A DNA stretch of 64,000 bases, taken from positions 806,001-870,000 of the forward strand of contig OZ024761.1 of NCBI GenBank assembly GCA_964016885.1, read 5' to 3'. Made by a program: the position numbers and the translations under genes. The number at the start of each line of letters is the position of its first letter. Position 1 is the stretch's first letter. Positions 57,616 through 64,000 of the stretch are shown here, piece by piece. This DNA comes from Eledone cirrhosa (Eukaryota). The notes under the pieces were generated by a model. It did no database searches. It was given only the letters and a program-made list of their open reading frames with translations, and had not been told where the DNA came from.

Positions 57616-58713
57616 AATTCCATATATGGTCAAAGTGATTGTCAAAAATCAGTAGTAATTCTGTGGTTGCAAATTAGTAGGGGAGATGGTGGCTAAACCT
57701 GCCAGTAGGAGAAAGAGGGGAGGGGGTGGAGTAGACCCAATCAAGCGTTGGTAGTGCCAGCTACAGCTGGGCATGAGGTCAAAGAAGATACAGGGGAGGG
57801 GGAGGGGGAGGAAGTCGGAACGGTAGGTAGAACAATGGGGGGTAAAAATAGGAAAGAAAAAATACTGAGAGTGAAGAAAAGCAAAAAAGTGTAAAGAAAA
57901 AATTAAATTCTACGACCTAGGTGTCAGGCTATTGTTAGGCGAGAATAAAATAAAGAAAGAAAGAAAGAAGTAAATAAATAAATAAATAAATAAATAAGGA
58001 AATAAGTAAAAGAACTAGGTGGGACGAATTAAGCAAGGACCCTTTTAAGAGGTATAAGTACGTAAATGATACGGTGACTGGTCAACAAAAGGGGCCAAAA
58101 TACTAAAGAGACTACCACGAAATAAACAATAAAGGTTTCCATCCCGGGCCAGCAACGACCCAGTGCAGCAAAGTGAACTTGTACGACATAATAATTCTGA
58201 GTCCCGGGAAAAATATATACTAATGCTAACTCTAAAAGATCTAAAACAAGCTACATGAAAGTTCGTACGAAATAAAGGTAGAATACGGAGAAATAAGTTC
58301 AGAATCCACCCCGCCCAGAAGAAAAGCGAAGCAAGAAATACTGAAACGAAAAAATAAGGCATAAGTGCCACTAAGAAATAAAGAGGGCACAGAGAATAGT
58401 GGGAGCGGTCGGAAAAGGGGGGCAAGTATCCGGGGTCTAAGCCAACTGCTATAAAGGGCGGAGTCCGCCAAATCTATCAAAGACTAGGGGAGGGGGGAGT
58501 GGGGGTACTAAGGCTACATGGGGCCAAAGGGCAGCCTCGGGTGGGCGAGAAAAGACGCCGACAAAGGAGAAGAGCTGGGGTAGAAGGACAAAGGAGAGAG
58601 GGGGGAAGGAAATAAAGGATGCGATAAAAGAATACAAAGAAGATCTTACGTCTTCCTTGGCAAGCAGGGGTTACCCATTGCAAAATCGGCAACTGGGGTG
58701 TTAAAGCCCTAGT

Positions 58714-60867
58714 CTACCCCCCCGGGTCATTATGGGGTTTGAGGGCGAGGTAAGTCCTACGCAATCTATGTTTACATGCAGTAACCAGTTCATCTTTCTT
58801 GTTTAGGAGTTGGTCCGTCGAAAACAGCATTTGTAAAGTTTCCTCCGAGCATAAATTGCACGGACGGCGTCCTCCCGTGTAAGAATTGGCTCTGGACAGT
58901 AATCTCCAAGTGAGATCATAGGTGATGTTGTTGTCCTTGAGGTCCCATATGTGGCCCGAAAGTGTAGTGGCGTGACGCCGGGCCGGGTTTCGGAAGGTAT
59001 GTCTATGTTGGTATAGCCGGGTCTTGAAGTCACATGCGGTAAGTCCTATATAGGCTTTGTTGGAGGTATCCGTCCTCACGTTGCACTGGTAGATCACATT
59101 ACGGTCTCTGCATCTATTGTCGAGTGGGCAAATAGATCTATCCGGGCAGTTACACCTCCTGGTCGGTTCTCCACTGCTATTTAGGTTATTTCTGCCATCG
59201 GGGTTGAGTTTTTTGTTGTTAGAGGAGACGATGTTTTGTGCGAAGTTTGGTGTAGTGCTGTAAGAGAGTTTGATGGTATTTTTGTTAATTATGTTGTGGT
59301 AGCGGTGTTGTAATGGGAAGTGTTTTTCAATGAGCCTAAAGAATAGTTTCCCGATGGGAGTAGTCACCTCTGCGTTGTGGGGAGGATTGAACCATGTTAC
59401 ATTGCGTGAGCGGCGGTGTCTCCTGCTGGTTCCGCTAATGGGATCTGGACAGTAGGATATTTCCTCCCGGAAACCACTCCGCTTGAGGGCCTGGTTGTAA
59501 TAAGGCGCATGTTCATCGAATATCCGCTCATTAGCTGACAAACGGGATATGCGGAGGGAGATGTTTTTGACCAGGTTGTTTGTGATGTTCCTAGGATGGT
59601 TTGATCGGCGGTGGATGTAGTGCAGATTGTCATTAGGTTTCCTGTATGGGTAGTACAGGTCGTTTTCGAGGTCGAGGGTTACGTCCAGGAAGTTTACTCG
59701 GGTCAGGGACGTTTGTAGGGTTATTTTAAATCCCCAGTCGCGGAAGAATCTGATTAATTGTTTCCGGACCCGATCTGTACTACTGGGGTTGTACCCTTTA
59801 AGGGTAAGGAGCCCATCATCACGGTACAATCCACCACCGAATGCAGGAAACATATCAGTGAGTTTGGCTATTAGGAATAATCCTATAAGATCAGTGACCT
59901 CCGCCGAATCCGTGGCGCCCATGCTGACGTCGAAGGGTGAGTCGGGAGCTCTTTTTATCCATTTAGAGTCGTCAAAGAGTAAGACTGTCTTCCTGGCGTG
60001 GAGGATGATTTTTCTTTCCTGGTCGGTGATGGGCACGAGTGTTTCGGCGAAGTCCAAGGCGGCAGTAAGTAGCGGTAAGGTGATTGAAGCATAGTAGCTC
60101 TCTATGTCGAACTGTATGAATTTAGTTTCTCGTTTATCCTCCATATTGCTGAACCAGGAGATTACTTCCTGGGTGTTGATCCATAGGCTAAGTCGGGTGT
60201 GTTGCTTGACTTTTGGTATCACGCGGTCTAGGATTTTTTTGCTGATTCTCCCTATGTCGGACTTCGTTGGGTTAATAAGCCTGATGGAGGGTTTACGGTC
60301 AAAATCGGATTTATGGTCCTTCAGTGTGAAGTATGGTGTCCGTGGGTCTAGAGGTTCCGTGCGGTCGGCGACCCCGAGGCTGGAGGTGATGTGTTGTCCA
60401 TCTCGATTTATGTCCTCGATGCAAGAGTGGTTGGCCTTTTTATAGGTGGAGTTTAGGCTGCTCCTGATCAGTGTGTGGTATCTGTCAGGGTTGACAAAGT
60501 ATAGGTTCCCAGTTTTATCCGAATGCACCATGATGTCATTTGTGTTATCATACTCTGTTAAGTTGCTACGGAGTTTTTGTAGGAATCGGTTGTGTCTGGG
60601 TTTAAATTTAATGTTCTTGACCAGTTGGAAGAGGTCATTCTCGAAGGGTGCGAGCAAGGGGTTCAGGGGCGGAGATTTGTAGGTAATAAATCCGAATCTC
60701 TCCTTGGTGCCGAAGTCTTGGTTGTCGCAATATCTGTCATAGAAAAAAGTTCTCCATCTAAGTCTTTTCGCAAATAGATCAATTTTTTGCGTGAGCATCC
60801 GAAGGTAAAGTTTTTTCGGTGGGATTGGGATGTTCTTGGTAGAGAAGTCAATGTTGTGTTTTCGCAT
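58714..60867 (-). CDS. PLE reverse transcriptase plus C-terminal GIY-YIG endonuclease, intact, 717 aa from the first ATG
   Basis: SDKTGN, FDIESYY, MGATDSAEVTDL, YRDDGL and FLDVTL; linker CNCPDRSIC (CxCx5C); NVIY..AYIGLT, FKTRLYQH, SGHIW, CNLCSEE and LLNK. Confidence 0.93.
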   Translation of the reverse strand: MRKHNIDFSTKNIPIPPKKLYLRMLTQKIDLFAKRLRWRTFFYDRYCDNQDFGTKERFGFITYKSPPLNPLLAPFENDLFQLVKNIKFKPRHNRFLQKLRSNLTEYDNTNDIMVHSDKTGNLYFVNPDRYHTLIRSSLNSTYKKANHSCIEDINRDGQHITSSLGVADRTEPLDPRTPYFTLKDHKSDFDRKPSIRLINPTKSDIGRISKKILDRVIPKVKQHTRLSLWINTQEVISWFSNMEDKRETKFIQFDIESYYASITLPLLTAALDFAETLVPITDQERKIILHARKTVLLFDDSKWIKRAPDSPFDVSMGATDSAEVTDLIGLFLIAKLTDMFPAFGGGLYRDDGLLTLKGYNPSSTDRVRKQLIRFFRDWGFKITLQTSLTRVNFLDVTLDLENDLYYPYRKPNDNLHYIHRRSNHPRNITNNLVKNISLRISRLSANERIFDEHAPYYNQALKRSGFREEISYCPDPISGTSRRHRRSRNVTWFNPPHNAEVTTPIGKLFFRLIEKHFPLQHRYHNIINKNTIKLSYSTTPNFAQNIVSSNNKKLNPDGRNNLNSSGEPTRRCNCPDRSICPLDNRCRDRNVIYQCNVRTDTSNKAYIGLTACDFKTRLYQHRHTFRNPARRHATTLSGHIWDLKDNNITYDLTWRLLSRANSYTGGRRPCNLCSEETLQMLFSTDQLLNKKDELVTACKHRLRRTYLALKPHNDPGG

Positions 60868-61052
60868 GGTGCGGGTGAAATGAATTGAGCTTAGCGGAAA
60901 AGTCTGGATACGGCGTGGTAGGGTCGGAAAGTGCTCTACTACGGGAGTAGGAGCTAGATAACGAAGGAAATGTGGTAAGGAACCAGGTGGACCATAACGC
61001 ACCAAAGTACTCAATACTTGAGGTAGTAGAGTGGGTAATAGGAACCAGTAAG

Positions 61053-61146
61053 ACCCCGACAGCTGAGCTCAAGCCGTTTCGACGGCTAATTCTGGACTAA
61101 ATGAACATTTATCCTGGTATTTAAATAGCCGATCTTCTCAAGGGGT
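61053..61146 (-). ncRNA. Type I hammerhead with U3-A8 core (PLE unit junction, copy 2)
   Basis: Identical to 57522-57615; predicted cut between 61058 and 61057, 190 nt upstream of the ATG. Confidence 0.87.
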
Positions 61147-62244
61147 AATTCCATATATGGTCAAAGTGATTGTCAAAAATCAGTAGTAATTCTGTGGTTG
61201 CAAATTAGTAGGGGAGATGGTGGCTAAACCTGCCAGTAGGAGAAAGAGGGGAGGGGGTGGAGTAGACCCAATCAAGCGTTGGTAGTGCCAGCTACAGCTG
61301 GGCATGAGGTCAAAGAAGATACAGGGGAGGGGGAGGGGGAGGAAGTCGGAACGGTAGGTAGAACAATGGGGGGTAAAAATAGGAAAGAAAAAATACTGAG
61401 AGTGAAGAAAAGCAAAAAAGTGTAAAGAAAAAATTAAATTCTACGACCTAGGTGTCAGGCTATTGTTAGGCGAGAATAAAATAAAGAAAGAAAGAAAGAA
61501 GTAAATAAATAAATAAATAAATAAATAAGGAAATAAGTAAAAGAACTAGGTGGGACGAATTAAGCAAGGACCCTTTTAAGAGGTATAAGTACGTAAATGA
61601 TACGGTGACTGGTCAACAAAAGGGGCCAAAATACTAAAGAGACTACCACGAAATAAACAATAAAGGTTTCCATCCCGGGCCAGCAACGACCCAGTGCAGC
61701 AAAGTGAACTTGTACGACATAATAATTCTGAGTCCCGGGAAAAATATATACTAATGCTAACTCTAAAAGATCTAAAACAAGCTACATGAAAGTTCGTACG
61801 AAATAAAGGTAGAATACGGAGAAATAAGTTCAGAATCCACCCCGCCCAGAAGAAAAGCGAAGCAAGAAATACTGAAACGAAAAAATAAGGCATAAGTGCC
61901 ACTAAGAAATAAAGAGGGCACAGAGAATAGTGGGAGCGGTCGGAAAAGGGGGGCAAGTATCCGGGGTCTAAGCCAACTGCTATAAAGGGCGGAGTCCGCC
62001 AAATCTATCAAAGACTAGGGGAGGGGGGAGTGGGGGTACTAAGGCTACATGGGGCCAAAGGGCAGCCTCGGGTGGGCGAGAAAAGACGCCGACAAAGGAG
62101 AAGAGCTGGGGTAGAAGGACAAAGGAGAGAGGGGGGAAGGAAATAAAGGATGCGATAAAAGAATACAAAGAAGATCTTACGTCTTCCTTGGCAAGCAGGG
62201 GTTACCCATTGCAAAATCGGCAACTGGGGTGTTAAAGCCCTAGT

Positions 62245-63742
62245 CTACCCCCCCGGGTCATTATGGGGTTTGAGGGCGAGGTAAGTCCTACGCAATCTAT
62301 GTTTACATGCAGTAACCAGTTCATCTTTCTTGTTTAGGAGTTGGTCCGTCGAAAACAGCATTTGTAAAGTTTCCTCCGAGCATAAATTGCACGGACGGCG
62401 TCCTCCCGTGTAAGAATTGGCTCTGGACAGTAATCTCCAAGTGAGATCATAGGTGATGTTGTTGTCCTTGAGGTCCCATATGTGGCCCGAAAGTGTAGTG
62501 GCGTGACGCCGGGCCGGGTTTCGGAAGGTATGTCTATGTTGGTATAGCCGGGTCTTGAAGTCACATGCGGTAAGTCCTATATAGGCTTTGTTGGAGGTAT
62601 CCGTCCTCACGTTGCACTGGTAGATCACATTACGGTCTCTGCATCTATTGTCGAGTGGGCAAATAGATCTATCCGGGCAGTTACACCTCCTGGTCGGTTC
62701 TCCACTGCTATTTAGGTTATTTCTGCCATCGGGGTTGAGTTTTTTGTTGTTAGAGGAGACGATGTTTTGTGCGAAGTTTGGTGTAGTGCTGTAAGAGAGT
62801 TTGATGGTATTTTTGTTAATTATGTTGTGGTAGCGGTGTTGTAATGGGAAGTGTTTTTCAATGAGCCTAAAGAATAGTTTCCCGATGGGAGTAGTCACCT
62901 CTGCGTTGTGGGGAGGATTGAACCATGTTACATTGCGTGAGCGGCGGTGTCTCCTGCTGGTTCCGCTAATGGGATCTGGACAGTAGGATATTTCCTCCCG
63001 GAAACCACTCCGCTTGAGGGCCTGGTTGTAATAAGGCGCATGTTCATCGAATATCCGCTCATTAGCTGACAAACGGGATATGCGGAGGGAGATGTTTTTG
63101 ACCAGGTTGTTTGTGATGTTCCTAGGATGGTTTGATCGGCGGTGGATGTAGTGCAGATTGTCATTAGGTTTCCTGTATGGGTAGTACAGGTCGTTTTCGA
63201 GGTCGAGGGTTACGTCCAGGAAGTTTACTCGGGTCAGGGACGTTTGTAGGGTTATTTTAAATCCCCAGTCGCGGAAGAATCTGATTAATTGTTTCCGGAC
63301 CCGATCTGTACTACTGGGGTTGTACCCTTTAAGGGTAAGGAGCCCATCATCACGGTACAATCCACCACCGAATGCAGGAAACATATCAGTGAGTTTGGCT
63401 ATTAGGAATAATCCTATAAGATCAGTGACCTCCGCCGAATCCGTGGCGCCCATGCTGACGTCGAAGGGTGAGTCGGGAGCTCTTTTTATCCATTTAGAGT
63501 CGTCAAAGAGTAAGACTGTCTTCCTGGCGTGGAGGATGATTTTTCTTTCCTGGTCGGTGATGGGCACGAGTGTTTCGGCGAAGTCCAAGGCGGCAGTAAG
63601 TAGCGGTAAGGTGATTGAAGCATAGTAGCTCTCTATGTCGAACTGTATGAATTTAGTTTCTCGTTTATCCTCCATATTGCTGAACCAGGAGATTACTTCC
63701 TGGGTGTTGATCCATAGGCTAAGTCGGGTGTGTTGCTTGACT
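62245..63742 (-). pseudogene. Second PLE ORF copy, 5'-truncated at the inversion junction
   Basis: Translation identical to the C-terminal part of copy 1; the match ends at 63742. Confidence 0.9.
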
Positions 63743-63761
63743 AAGTCGGGTGTGTTGCTTG

Positions 63762-64000
63762 CCCATTACAACACCGCTACCACAACATAATTAACAAAAA
63801 TACCATCAAACTCTCTTACAGCACTACACCAAACTTCGCACAAAACATCGTCTCCTCTAACAACAAAAAACTCAACCCCGATGGCAGAAATAACCTAAAT
63901 AGCAGTGGAGAACCGACCAGGAGGTGTAACTGCCCGGATAGATCTATTTGCCCACTCGACAATAGATGCAGAGACCGTAATGTGATCTACCAGTGCAACG
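63762..64000 (+). pseudogene. Inverted PLE ORF segment (PLQHRYHNIINKNTIK...)
   Basis: Reverse complement of 62610-62848. Confidence 0.92.

Larger units (their letters stand above)
57508..64000 (-). mobile_element. Penelope-like retroelement: head-to-tail tandem (3531-bp unit, 1.77 units) plus inverted segment; runs off the right edge
   Basis: 57508 onward repeats at +3531 up to 63742, with identical ORF translations. 63762-64000 is the reverse complement of 62610-62848. The left end abuts (TA)n. Confidence 0.95.

Noticed and set aside
58045-58692. Short hydrophobic ORFs in the PLE 3' UTR, and a selenoprotein/SECIS idea
   Set aside because: Non-ATG, composition-driven ORFs. The main ORF has no in-frame TGA, so there is no basis for selenocysteine.
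60868-61014. 49-aa N-terminal extension in the 766-aa ORF call
   Set aside because: It starts at TTG inside the terminal repeat; the first ATG at 60867 precedes the conserved-looking N-terminus.

Overview
Eukaryotic, AT-microsatellite-rich, repeat-saturated DNA with no supportable host exon. The SINE, RTE and (TA)n content points to a cephalopod such as Octopus, which is an inference. It contains decayed RTE, RTE-X, CR1-group and Tx1-like LINEs, tRNA-derived SINEs, Tc1/mariner relics, an internally deleted Helitron (21888-25000) and an internally deleted hAT (55493-57443). The main signal is a Penelope-like retroelement (PLE) and hammerhead ribozyme (HHR) system inserted in (TA)n tracts. An intact, apparently very young PLE (RT plus C-terminal GIY-YIG) sits as a 3531-bp head-to-tail tandem with a terminal inversion at 57508-64000. 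Each unit junction carries a type I hammerhead with a non-canonical U3-A8 core (UUGAGAA). Reading by eye, I found 12 complete or near-complete hammerhead motifs from several families, plus half-motifs. Many lie in small fold-back insertions with one short-ended and one long-ended arm. All RNA structures were paired by hand; no folding, search or activity data were available.
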